From Klebsormidium nitens (lineage: Eukaryota; Plantae; Klebsormidiophyceae): a DNA stretch of 64,000 bases. The position numbers and the translations under genes are program-made. The stretch lies in assembly GCA_000708835.1 (NCBI GenBank), contig DF237371.1, forward strand, positions 15,635-79,634, read 5' to 3'. The notes beneath the pieces are model-generated. The model saw only the letters and a program-made list of their open reading frames with translations, was not told the DNA's origin and ran no database searches. This document shows, piece by piece, positions 51,101-63,156 of this stretch (its first letter is position 1; every line of letters starts with the position of its first letter).

Positions 51101-52115
51101 TGCGGAGCAAGACAATTGATGAGACTGTGGCACTCTGAGCGTATACGGAGGTTACATTTCTTAAAACTGGAAAAAGGTATCGTTCGACACCCTTATCAAC
51201 AAGCAGGTGACGGGCATCGACTCATGCTGCAACCAATAGAATCTGGCTGATGAAAGGATGACAACAAGTAGTGCCAGGAGGGGAGGTGAGAGAACTTGTT
51301 GCTTCAGTTGTACATACCTGATAAGCTTCCCAGTCGTCAAAGCGGTATCTGCTGCGCGCCACCGTGTACTCGACGTGGTCCATGATGCTCTGCTGAATTG
51401 ACAGCACATCATTCTTGATGTACTCGTCCATCAGCGTGTACAGCAGCTCCGTCTTCCGCCGGTGCTCGTCCGCCGTGCCTGGGGGGTATGACCTGTCCGG
51501 AAAGTGGAACGTGAGGGGCCACCTGCTCTGCAATCGTCCGAAGCGTCCGGTGTCCTGCTTGAGCACGCTCTCCAGGCACTTCTTGACGTTCTTGATGTCC
51601 CAGTCTCTGGTGATCTTGCTCCCCTCCGCCCCAGTGACGTAGAACACGTCCCCCACCACCCCATCCTTGATGTCGGCAGTCGCTTTGGCCACCTCCAGCC
51701 CGAGATCCCTGAAAGTGGACGTCACTGTCTGCAGGAGCCCCGGCCGGTTGCTGGCCCTGACTGTGATCACCGTGTACTGATCGTCGCACGCGTTGTCCAC
51801 CGAAACCTCCGCGAACTTGTCCTCCTGCTTTTGGGCGTCGAGAGACGGCAGCCGAATGGCCTGGATTGGCGTCCCTCTTTTCAAAGTCCTGACTGGCGCT
51901 CTGCAATGTGTGAGTGCTTGGATCAAACTCTTTCTGAATTCGATTGGGGAGTTTCCTGGGAAGAAGGAACTTCCCTGAACTCCAGATCTCCGAGGAAATT
52001 GTGCAGAAACGCAGGACGGATTGCTGCGTCGCTCAGCTGGCGATGTTTGTGAGGAGAGGCCAGTCTTATTCAATTTATTCAAGGTTCTTGCAGCAGCCAC
52101 CAAGGCCTCAGCCAT
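42179..52115 (-). CDS. PHO: Alpha-1,4-glucan (starch/glycogen) phosphorylase with N-terminal transit peptide and ACT domain (~1041 aa, 22 exons); exons 52115-51318, 51099-50985, 50748-50648, 50390-50299, 49920-49785, 49276-49208, 48995-48894, 48664-48566, 48289-48179, 47653-47447, 47229-47122, 46746-46651, 46210-46154, 45845-45699, 45370-45311, 45083-44979, 44577-44416, 44194-44121, 43700-43577, 43260-43169, 42752-42635, 42331-42179
   Basis: [101 protein letters not shown] (PLP lysine) and [15 protein letters not shown] motif [14 protein letters not shown]...LGLEVAKA...DVFYVT. All exon phases are consistent. Confidence 0.97.
47786..47815 (-). repeat. Intronic duplicate of the acceptor and first 27 nt of phosphorylase exon 10 (VAFQLNDTH)
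   Basis: cccgcag|gtggcgttccagctgaacgacacgcac at 47812, versus the real exon cctgcag|gtcgcgttccagctgaacgacacgcac at 47653 (159 nt apart). Confidence 0.9.
49723..49749 (+). other. GC-rich stem-loop (9-bp stem, GGCA tetraloop) followed by T5, in a phosphorylase intron
   Basis: cgggggggc-ggca-gcccccccg-ttttt, preceded by another G7 run. Confidence 0.5.
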
Positions 52116-53084
52116 CTTGCAAAATTGGATGCGCCCCAATGCTGTTTCAAGTTCTGATGAGCTAAACTTGGCAATCTGAGTCGTCTTCTCCCTTGGGCCT
52201 TGAACATGGATGCAACTTTCTGGGGTGAGTCTTGAATGAAACTCTCCCTCACGAGCTAGCCAAGCTCAGTCAATAGCTCTGTGTACAAGAATGACGTGGG
52301 TAGACTCCTTATACATTCTACTCTCGGTCGGATTTGTCGTCTTTGTACGGGGTTATTCGCTTGAGCCGCCAAGGAGGCGGTACTTCCGGATTCCGGAATA
52401 TAATTCGTATCAAAACCGCTCATGCCTACATCCGGATGAACGTCGTCTTATATGTTGTACTTTCTGCTATTACCTACCTATCTGCACGGTTTGCTTTTTC
52501 GTCAGCCAACACCCGCACAGCATTTGTGCAGGCTACCTGATGGCGCCATTGGCAGAAGTTGAGTCTTAAGAGCTTTTGCAGCTTCTTGTTCTGAAATGCT
52601 TGGAAGTTCGGAGAGGGCAGAACGCTCTGTAAGCTTGTTGTTGCCCACATTCTCTTGCAGTTAAAAGGCAGTTACGCCGGAGGGCAGACAAGATTTTGGC
52701 AAGTGACGGACTTGAGCCATTCGAAATGGCCTGATCTTCAACTTACGTAGCGCAGCGATATCCAATCCTGACATCAGCATTTTGTAGCAGACTTGCCAGC
52801 GGAGACCTAGATTAGACGTGTTGGCACGAGCAAGTTGTCTGCTCCACTGAAACTCGCTTGGGGGACAAGATGCTGTACTTCACACTAATAAGGTGTCTAG
52901 GTCAGTACAGGTTCCTTGTCTCCCAAGCCACACTCATCTACGTGTTTTGCACCACGTTGGACTGCCTCCCAATTTTCCAAGTGGTGGATGAAAGGTTTCT
53001 GCTGAGGACCCTGGCAGTGCACTCCCAGTTGAGGCAGGCCAGGGCAGAGCTGACAGACCGGCCGCATCAGGATTGAGCAGCCCA

Positions 53085-56000
53085 ATGATGGCCAGGATCG
53101 CTGGGAGGGCGCAAAGCGCCACTAACATCCCCTCTCTCTCGAAGCGCAACACTCTCGCAAACCTTGGGAAGTCTGCGTGTGGTCTACTGGAAAGTTACCT
53201 GGCCGGGAATGTAGGGCACGATCGCAGAACTTGTCATGGCTGGGGCAGTCACTATATGTCAAGAAGTGAAGGGTCAGATAGTGGTTTTACAAGGGCCACG
53301 ACGAAACAAGTAGAAGTGAATGAGGCGGCAGCTTCCTCACCCGCATCAGCTCAAGAATGTAACAAAGAAGGTGAGCGGCTGGCCTTTGCCTGCATCTTTT
53401 GATGACACCTTTCCGTGGTGTGATACGCTTTACATAGTATTTAGGCATGAGGCTGGGCTCCCAAAGGTTCTGCTCTGCAAAGGACTCTGTCAAAGTGAAG
53501 GCTTGCCCTTCTGTAACACCACTTTTGCTTCTTTTCCAGCGGAAAAACCGGTGCCAGTAGTCAAGGAGAGCCATATTGTGCTCGATGCGTTTCTGGTGAG
53601 AACTTCAAACCAGCATCTCGTAAGGGCCTTGTAGAGAAAATATTTCCCTGTCTACATATTGGGGATTGACTAGAAGGAGATTGGAAGCCCAGTTTTCTGG
53701 TTGCTAAGGGTTTGGGCCTTTTGATTTTAAGTGCAGCCCAGCCGGGGGCGCTACAATCCCATTCTATTTCCAATCTGAAGGATGTTTGTGGTTCTCTTGA
53801 GATCGAAGTTGATTTATGGGACATCTTGCCAGCCATACTGCCTCATGATAGCTTCCCCTGCTTTTGCAGAAAGTGCGCTCAGAGACGCTCCTCCTGCCAG
53901 ACGGCAAAACCATGGACTATCTGACAGTCTTGTCCAGACCAACCGCGGTGGTCATTGTAAGTCACAAAGCTACTCACACGTGATCATGTGGTGAAAAAGC
54001 CGTCTCAAAGAGTGGTGCGGTCAATCTGCGAACTGGAAGTGACGAACCACTGCCCGCCCCGCTAGCTCGTCTATGTTAGAAGACGCCACAGGTGCATTAT
54101 CAGTCAACAATGGGGACTCCATTCATTAGTTCTCAGTTTCGATGCTCATGATGCCACCCATTTGTTGCAGCTGGCTTTCACTCCCGACAACAAGCTTGTT
54201 CTGACACAAGGTGAGCATAATCTCATGCGAATTTCTCATATAATAGTTTGCTAGACACCTCGTCTTCTGCGAAGGTCTTGTCTGCCTCCTGGCAAGAGGT
54301 GTCGAGGTCAAGACTCTAAAAGCTTCGGCAGAATGCGAGACATCAGGGCCTTCAAAACGGATGTGGGTCATTCTAGGCAAGGCCAACCTGTAGCTGAAGC
54401 CCAAATTCATATTCCTCCCTGAAAAGACATCACAGCCACCACTTCGCGGTTTCAAAGCTAGTGGCCGTTTACGATACACGGTTTGATTGCCGGAGCAACT
54501 TCGTAGAGGTTCGTATTGAAACCTCACTTTGGAAAGAGAAGGTTAGAATCTCGGCCTTTTCGAAGTAAGGTCATTGGTGGCCCCATTGGATCTTAGCATG
54601 TGGAGTGAATTGCGGTTGGGGAGGTCCTTAGTATCAGTGTAAGCGACTGTCACGTACGGCTGTAGATCTCGAAGGAATTGTGGATCCAAGGAAAGTGCTG
54701 GCTATGGAAGCCGGATTTCATTACTGCTGCATGAGATCGTCTGGTTGCCAACTTGTGATGTGGTGCTCGCCTCCGTTCTCTAAGCGAACAATCATCTGCA
54801 AACACTCCAGTAACCGTTCACTCATTTGCACAGAGTATCGTCACCCCACCGGCAAGTACCTTCTGAGCAGCCCTGGGGGGCTGGTCGACCCAAACGAGGA
54901 CCCGCTTACGGTGAGTGTTCGACCCATTTCCTGAGAAAGTAGTGAGGCGTCTGCTAGATCTGGTAGTCGTGAATTGTGCAACCGCCGCCTTTGGGTCGCA
55001 CTCCTTACTTTGAGATAGGCTTCTGATTCTTTGCTGTGCGATTAGGCATGACTTGCGGGCCCGGGCTTTTTGTATGTAAACTTCCCCTTGGCAGCCGTTC
55101 ATTAATCCGTTTTACGGACCTTCGAGTTCCATGTACAAATTGACAGCATTACAATATCGGTCTATTAAGTCTGAACAACTTTTGATCTTGCATCCTCCGC
55201 GACTGCAGACCAGCGGGTTTCAAATCTTTAGAAGAAGTTTGGAAATTGCGAATGGAAATCTTCGAGCAAATTTGAACTGGCTGCCAATTTTTTCAGATAT
55301 CAGAATCAGATTCTTGGTTCTGAGTATTCTTTGCCGGTCACGCAGGCTGCCGCTCGCGAGTTGCGAGAGGAGACTGGATACGAAGCTACGGAGTATGCAG
55401 TCATTGGTGAATCATGGCCAGCCCCGGGCATCATTGAACAGAAGGTACGCGCGACGCAACACGGACTGGTGCACCCTGCGTTTGTCGTCAAAACTTTTCG
55501 TTTCCTCGAAACCGATTTGGCACTCGCGTCTCTATCCAAGGAAATTACTTCTCGACAACGATCTGGCATCCCGTCTCTATCCAAGAAAATCACAATCTAC
55601 TCTGGTCAAGAAAGCAGCGCTTTTCTGCTCGCTTTAAGAAGACGGATCTGTATGTATTTCCTGCATATTCGGGCTGCTTGGATAGTTGATAAGATTGGTA
55701 GGATCGATGGATGGTACGCATACCTTCGAATCTGGCCCACACTGACCAGTTTGACGGAGGCCAGTCTGGAGCAGCGGGTTTCAAGAATAAGCACGAATGG
55801 CGCCAAAAAGGCGTCTGCTTCGTTTGCATCCTGACCGACGTGTTCGTCGCCCTGTTTGTCATCTGGCGGCAGATGGTTCTGCTGCGAGTCGAGACAACGA
55901 AGGAATCTGTACCACAAAGCAGTCTGAGTCGTGCATCTGCAGGTGATCTTCGTTGCTGCCAAGAACGCAATCCAAAAAGGGGTGCCTGCCTTGGAGGGAG

Positions 56001-56152
56001 GCGAAATGCTATGCACGCACTTGAGATCTCTCGAAGAGGCCCGCTCAGACATCCTCGCTGGGATGCCCACGGATGGAATCTTGTTGACGGGGTTATGGTA
56101 CCTCGAACATGGCGAACCTTTGGTTACAAAGAAGGTAGTGTCAAATCATTGA
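53085..56152 (+). CDS. NUDIX hydrolase, ADP-ribose/ADP-sugar pyrophosphatase (NudF)-like, with organellar targeting-like extension (~284 aa); exons 53085-53370, 53540-53595, 53870-53956, 54171-54210, 54834-54910, 55346-55444, 55943-56152
   Basis: Canonical Nudix box G-X5-E-X7-REUXEEXGU (GLVDPNEDPLT|AAARELREETGY). Upstream KVRSETLLLPDGKTMDY...AVVI|LAFTPDNKLVLTQEYRHPTGK; downstream PAPGIIEQK. Phases are consistent. Confidence 0.9.
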
Positions 56153-57064
56153 TTGAGTTGAATGTAAACTGCAAGTCGTAGCTAGGTATATGTAGAGATA
56201 AGTTCATGTGCGATGGAAATCATGCCGATGTACAAAAATAGGTCATTAGCATGGTAGGATAGGATAGGCAACTCGAACGGGGTGCCGCCTTGTGCGGCTG
56301 ACATAACGATCCAGCTTCCGACCACCTATATTGTTGTAGGCCTCTGCGCAACTCTAGCTCGGGGCCGGCGGCAGCGCATCGCCTTGTAATCTGATTCGAT
56401 ACGGATGCATTTGGAGAATCAAGTCATGCATTGCTGCGTATGTGGCAGCATATGGTGGATTGAGTCCGACGACCGTGGCAATGTACGTATGACGGCCTCT
56501 GCCGCCATATATGCTTACGACAGATTAAGAGCGCTACTGCGTGATGCACAAGTTGAGCTCAGATCGGCGTTTGATATGAGGCTCGCTTGCGATGTTCGAT
56601 CAGACAAAACCGTCAGCTTTGTATGACAGGATTCACAGATCGATGTTTAAATGCTACCATATGTGCATGTGTTGTCACAATTGCATGGATCAGACGCGCC
56701 GGTGCTTTGCACTGGAGCAACCGGCCAGTGAAGTCTGCGGTGGGACACATGCACATAACCATCGTTTTTTGTGCAGCTTGATGATGTGCTCACCAAGCTA
56801 ATGGTCCACAGAGCACTGCTCAACATTCATGGCTGCGCAGGCGGGATCTCGCATGGCATAACAATTGCACGTTTGGGGGCATGTGGCCGAGCCGATGAGC
56901 AAATGCCGTAGGGATGAGTTTGTACTAGTCGATCTCAGGAAGGCAAATTCTTAGAGCAACCACTTCGGTTCCTTGAAAACCTGAAGACCGGTCATCTGCT
57001 CAAACCGCATCACAGTCTGCAAAAATACATTCTGCAGCCTCACCAGCGGAAGTCCGGACCGGAA

Positions 57065-60000
57065 TCAAATTCGGATGATCTCAACTTTTGCGGGGTTGGC
57101 TTTGCCTGCAACTCCGCGCGAAGCTTTGCTTTGGATGTACGAGAAAGTGCCTCCTGATGTACCTTTCGAAAGCCGACCCGGGTTTACACACAAGACCTGA
57201 GCCGGCTGCGATGATTGGCCACCCTCTTTGGATTCCGCAGAAAGGACCTGGTGACAGGAATTTGCAAATGTGTGAATGTCAGAATGCGAACCAAAAGCGT
57301 TCAAGCGAGTTGATGGCAAAGCTTTGCGAAACTAGCGAGCGGCCTCGGAAACGGCCGACATGAGCATCTATAGATTTGTTGGGAAGTGGTGAGCCGTCTT
57401 TCCGAGAAGGAACATGATGGGAAGTGCTTCGAGACAGCTGAAGTAGAAAAAGCAGGACCTTTGGCGAAGCTCGATCCTGTTACTGGGGTCGAACGACCGA
57501 CCCTAGCTTTTCTCAGTGAGTCGAAAAGCAGACAACACTGCTTGAAGTTTACAGGGCAGGCGGGAACGCCAGGCAAGAACACGAGTTCAAGGCTGACCTT
57601 AACAAACGGAGCGAGGTCGGAAGGAAGGACGAGGACATCCGGGAGAGAGGTCAGCTCCAGGGCGTTTGGGGCGAGGGACAGGTCGAGGGGCGTGCCCAGA
57701 GCAGGGGGGAACAGCGGGTAGAAACTGCGCACAAAAGGCACGGAATATTGGGATGCCATGTTCGTTAGCTTTGCCACCCGGTGCAAGCTAATCAAGCAGC
57801 GCGGATTTGGCACTTCCGGATTCACCAGAGTTGCACAGTAAAGTGGCAAGATCCAGTAAGGGAAAGCTGTTGCCACTGGCCAACCTGTGGAGGCGTCCAT
57901 ATGGATACGCAGCTCGGTTCCATCGGCCAACCAAGGTTGCTGACTGGCGGAAGGCCTCTCTATGATTGAAAAGACCTCCTGTGGTACCCTGCTTATGTGT
58001 CACACGGCCCTGCTTTTAAAACACATGACCGCGCGAGCAGTCTACAAGATGAGCGTGCTTTGGGAGCAGTCCATCCCTGTAGTCCGGCTCTCTTATCTCC
58101 TTTTGACGGTTTAGCGAGAAGCGAAGGGAGCGAGCGACACATGCAGTCGTGGCTCACCTCCGCTGTCCCAAGATGTGCCCGGCCAGGCGCGCCATTCTGT
58201 CGCTGGCTGCCCCGGGCGCCACCCGGGCCGCCTCCTCGCTGGACAGGTGCTTCAGCACGTCCATCGTCGTGACCGCCACGCGAACCTGCAACCGAGAGGC
58301 GACCCCTAAGAACCCTCGCAGGTTTATTGGATCCTCAAGAACCAACAGAACCTCCAATTACCATCTGGCAAATGGGACTTGGTACCAAACTGCCACGATG
58401 TCCGTCTTTCATTTCGAGGACCCAGCAGATTTAAAAAGTCACGAGATACACTGCATGTGCGAGGTTTGGGTGGAGATCCGGTACATTTAAGAGGAGCGCT
58501 TCAACCCCAGAGACCAAAGACTAACGTAATCCGTCCATTCTTCATTATGCAATCTCTCTCGCAGTCGTTCTTTCAATCCTCAAAGCAAATGCGGTGTGAT
58601 CGGACGAGCGCCGGTGTAACATCAGGCTTCCTCGGCTCATGGAAGCGAAGAACGCAGGCGACTCACCCCGTTCGCGGTGAACACGCCCGGGTTGCTCAGG
58701 AACGTGATCTGCAAGAAGACGGACTGTTCTTTAGAAAGAGCTGATCGGCGCCAGAAGGTTGAACCATTGGAGAGACCGCGCAGCCATGATGGTCGTCGTG
58801 AGATGACGCCGCAGCAAAAGTTGGGGACAAGCGAAAGAGGCGAGTGTAACAATATGTTTTGTGGTCCAACCAAAGCTTGGTCAGCCACCTCAGCCCATGC
58901 ATCACCATGCTATGGGTTCAGCTCTGGGCTCAGAACTCGTGCGAAGGCAAGACTAGGGACCGTATGACCCCAGAGAAATTTTCGGCTTACCTCTTTGCCA
59001 GGGTCTTTCCAGTCCAAGGAAAAGGGCGGCTGCAGAAAGATACGTAGCACATCAGTGGGGCAGACTTTTGACAACAAACCCACCGCGTCTTCAGTTTACG
59101 GGCTCGGATGCAAGACAAAGGGCAATTTTCGGTGAAGGGGATCTATCAATCAGGGCGGATGCTGATTGGCATGACAAGCGACATGGAGCGCATCGAGCAA
59201 GGGAGTACGAGAGGAGCACGAGAAAGCTTATCTGGTATTCAAAAACGCGATGGTGAATGTTCGATTGGAATTGGACGAGACAGAGCACGTGGCGAGACTT
59301 TGTGACAGATGGACTGACCTGTGGAAAGATGGCATCGTGGTGGCTGTCCCTCACTGACGGAACAACGACCACCTTGACTCCCGAGCCGACTTCCTCGCAG
59401 AAAGCCTCCACCTGGTTGGGGATGCAGGTTAGGTTTAGAAGGATGAGTATCAAGATAATGCTCTCGCATTGCGAAAGTCGAGCAACTCAATCATGAGGCG
59501 ACTGCCTGACCGGGAGGACAGGAAACGGGCGCTGGTCGAAGCCGAACCCATGTGCGATTCTGAAGTGTGTGGACAGTCTGCCCTTGCGACAAGCCAAAAG
59601 AGTCGATGGAACTTGCTTTCAAATATGCCCTTACAATGTGATACGGTGCTTGGTAATCCTCATGCTAGCCACCCCCCGCCGATGTGAAACCCTGGTAAAA
59701 ACAAATCAGGCTTCCGACTGAAAGTGGCGAATCTGAACACGTTTGATTCACCCAACCGAATCGACTCCACCGAGCGCACCTTTTTCTGGACCTGCTCCGC
59801 GTACACGTCCTCCAAGTGCGCATCCACGGTGCCTTGCCGCACGTGCGGGTGCTCCCTGTCCACGAACGGCCCCAGCAGTAGCAGCACGTCCGGGCGGCGC
59901 GCCTTCGCCACGCTCAGCAGCTCCTCCAACGGCTCGTACGCCAGGTTGTCCGCGGCTGTGAACGGGCCCGCGGCGACCATCTGCGGGACGGAGAAGCAAA

Positions 60001-63000
60001 AGCTGCGAATCGACGAGATCAAAAACGAGATGGACGTGTCAATTGATGTGCGCTGCTTTTACGAGATGGAAGAAAAGGGACGGCGATCCAAAAACGGGCG
60101 TTTTCCAGGAGGAAGAAAGTCGAGGGCCGACTAAGCTGCACAACGAGTTCGGAATATTTTTAAGGTGGAAAGAGGAAGGGAGAGATATGCAATGCGTAGT
60201 AACAGCACAGGAAAACGTTGCCTAAGAGTTCAAGCAGACACGAAGTGAAGTAAGACTAGTTGGAGCTTTATGATGTATGCTGATTGCAGAACAGGGACGA
60301 CGACGACCCGAAATTGCTTGAAAGTGCGCCCTTGAGCAGGAGACGCGGAAGCACCAATTTGGTTAAGCGGCGCCGTACTTTCCACCTTTCGCAGAGAAGC
60401 AGAAGAAAGGGGGCATAGGAACGGTACGAGCAGCTGAACGATGTCGAAGCAGTGGGCGCAAGAAAAACAGACCCACCATTGAGGGCAGACGGGCACTAGT
60501 GTTGCCGTTTACACCTGTGTCAGCTGTGGCTGACGCCGGGGGCGGTGGCAAGGCGTCGAACAGCCTGGATGCGACCAGACAGTGCCCGCTGGGGTTTTGG
60601 CCCTCCACTCCCACGGTCTGCAGACAGGAAGTATGCATTCTACAAAGGTACTGAAACACTAGTTTGGTACGCTGAAGACGAAAATCCGAATCTTGTCGAG
60701 GTTGATGGTTGATACGGCAAAGCTCCTCAGCACCAACGGGCCGGACTTTCAGTTGACCAGGACGGAAAATTCGTGGTAATCTGCTTATGGCAGACGGACT
60801 CTCTAGCTAGATATTTTTATGCACAGGGGTAGCAACGGGTGAGGTGATATGAACGTGATTCCTCCCACCTGTCCAGGAAAGATTGAGAAGTGCGGAACAT
60901 TCCGCAGGTCCAGTTTGACTCGCTCCCCATTTGAGTGCTCCTGGCTGCACAAAGGAACAAGGTGTTGCTCAGTTTCTACAAAAGCTGACAAATGGCAACG
61001 CAAAGCCAGGCATAGGACTTGAACTCAAAATGTCGAGTCGCATCTCCGTCGCAGCAGTGTTTGTGACCAAGGTTGGTCTTTCTCTCGACAACTCACCTCC
61101 CTTCTAAGAGAACAGAGTGCTCGTTTATGCGGCCTCCCTCTGTGTCGCAGCAGATTCGTCCAACAACCGTTACTGTGTCCTGTCAAGTAAATGAAGTGTT
61201 TGAGACCCTAAATGATCGACTATCCTACAGTCATATATGTTATTTGGCAGCCGATGGAACAGGCAGCCAGCACCTCAGCAAAACGGAGGCATTTGCCCGT
61301 GCGCATCTTCAACTTTCTACCTAGATTGCACGACCTCACCTGGCTTGCCGCATAAACCTGATGGGATGTGCTGCAGTCTTCAGCTCTGGCCAGTGCGGCG
61401 CCAAAGGCAAGTAGACGCTTTTCTAGTGCGTTTGCCTGCAGTGAGTGTGCTTAGATTTTTCAGACGTATTGATTGCACCAAGGTGGTCGCAATATAATGA
61501 ACCTCGCGCACTTCGCTAGTTCGAGGTTGGGACCAAATGATCATTTGAGACTGGAAGATTGTTGATAGAAGCATGTTGCCCAACACATTTCCTCACAAGG
61601 CAAGCCTGGAGCCCACACGCCCCTGCCCATCTACCCGTTTTGAACATACCAGCTTGTTGTCTACTCAGCTAGGTTTAGTGGAACCAAAGTTTACAAGGCC
61701 TGGCAAACCAACTGTAGGGAGGACAATCAGGGCAAGGTGGTAGCATAAACACGAAAACAATCCTGTAGAATGAAAACACGTGTGAGCAATCATACCACTC
61801 AGTGTTCGAGTGACACTGGACCGCAAGTACGAACACAGATAGCAGACAAGGGCATAAAGAGTGCACACATCTCCAGCAATACGAGGAGCCTCACCTTGTC
61901 TTCAACACGATCATACATGTACCGATAGCTTTCACTCGCCCAGTTTCTTGCTGCCTCTATTTGACATGGCTGCTCGGAAGCTTCCCCATCGACCTCCATC
62001 CCAGACGCACTCTCCCCTTCAAGTGGCTGGTCAAAGATCAGCTGGACAGCCCCCGAGTTCGTGCGCTGTTTGAACGCACTGGCAGGTGTTGCCTGAAAGA
62101 GCGTTTTGGAAGGCGTCGCAGGAGCAGGAAAAAGGGGAGTGACAGGGGAACCTGGGTCTGCGGCAATCGGCTTTTGGGTTGTCGGGATGCCAGATGATCG
62201 TCCAGTAGGCTGCGGGCTCAAACCTGTTGTTGGCTTGACCCCGGATTTCCATGGTGTGGAAGGCTGATCCATGTCAACACTGGATTGGGGAAGTCAAGGA
62301 TAGAAGAAGTGTGTTTGCTTCCAGCAGCAATGCACTTCTGCGATGCTTGTCAAGTAGTGTAGCATTCAGATTGATCAATGCTCACAGGCAAAAGTGGGCT
62401 GCAGTCACATGCAATAAATAGATGTTCGAGTATGCCATGCAGGCTCAGGGTAAGTTTGGGTGAGGATACTCTTCCAAATCATCCTTGGTGTAGAAGTGGA
62501 CGGCAGGTTGCTTCTTCTTGAATGCTTCCACGCGATCACGTTCCAAATGCTTCCGAAAGTTTTCAAGGGCCCCCTTGGTCACAGTGTTGTTGGTCTTCAC
62601 TTTCCTGCAGTCCAAAAAGCCAGCGTGGGAATGCTTGACGACTGTGCTCAAGCAAACACTCTGATCAGGTGAGCTCTGCGAGCTCACATTTAAAAATTGA
62701 GCAGAAGTACCTAAGTTGCTTGCATCAAAGAACACAGCTTTTGAAGGGAGAGGACATCCAGTTGAGAGGGGATGCTGACACGTACATGTTCAGGTAGAAG
62801 ACCTCCCAGCTTTCTACCAGCTCCTCGGGGGTGAGTCCGAAGCTCTGAGCCATATTGGCACCTGCGTAATTCAACACGAGGAAAGTGGTCACATCAGGGC
62901 AGACCCTTGTAGACCGTCATTGACCAGACTCATTGTACATTAATGGTCAAAAGGGAATGCAGACAGAACAGCACATGGACAGATTCTGCTTGAGCATAAA

Positions 63001-63156
63001 ATATATCAATGAAATGAAGAACACAGCAATGATAGCAATGGTTGAAGTACAAGGGGCTCGAAATCTCTCACAAGCATCGCCGACTGCCGCATCTTCCAGC
63101 TTGAAGTTGTTGTCTTGAAACTCCTTGAGCACGGCTCCCGGCTCAAAGGTGGCCAT
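57065..63156 (-). CDS. POLA2: DNA polymerase alpha subunit B (~629 aa, 15 exons); exons 63156-63072, 62861-62786, 62604-62470, 62279-61895, 61435-61340, 61179-61097, 60944-60869, 60617-60477, 59980-59780, 59411-59319, 59029-58991, 58708-58667, 58285-58158, 57724-57598, 57247-57065
   Basis: ELVESWEVFYLN, YRYMYDRVEDK, VVGRICCDTEG..INEHSVLLEGS, SIFPGQ|TVGVEGQNPSG, VAAGPFT, PDVLLLLGPFVD, VPSVRD, SFYPLFPP, PDVLVLPSDL and CVNPGRL. Confidence 0.96.

Noticed and set aside
54549-54560. tctcggcctttt, resembling the 5' end of U2 snRNA
   Set aside because: Only ~12 nt match, with no branch-point-pairing sequence or Sm site following; it lies in a NUDIX intron.
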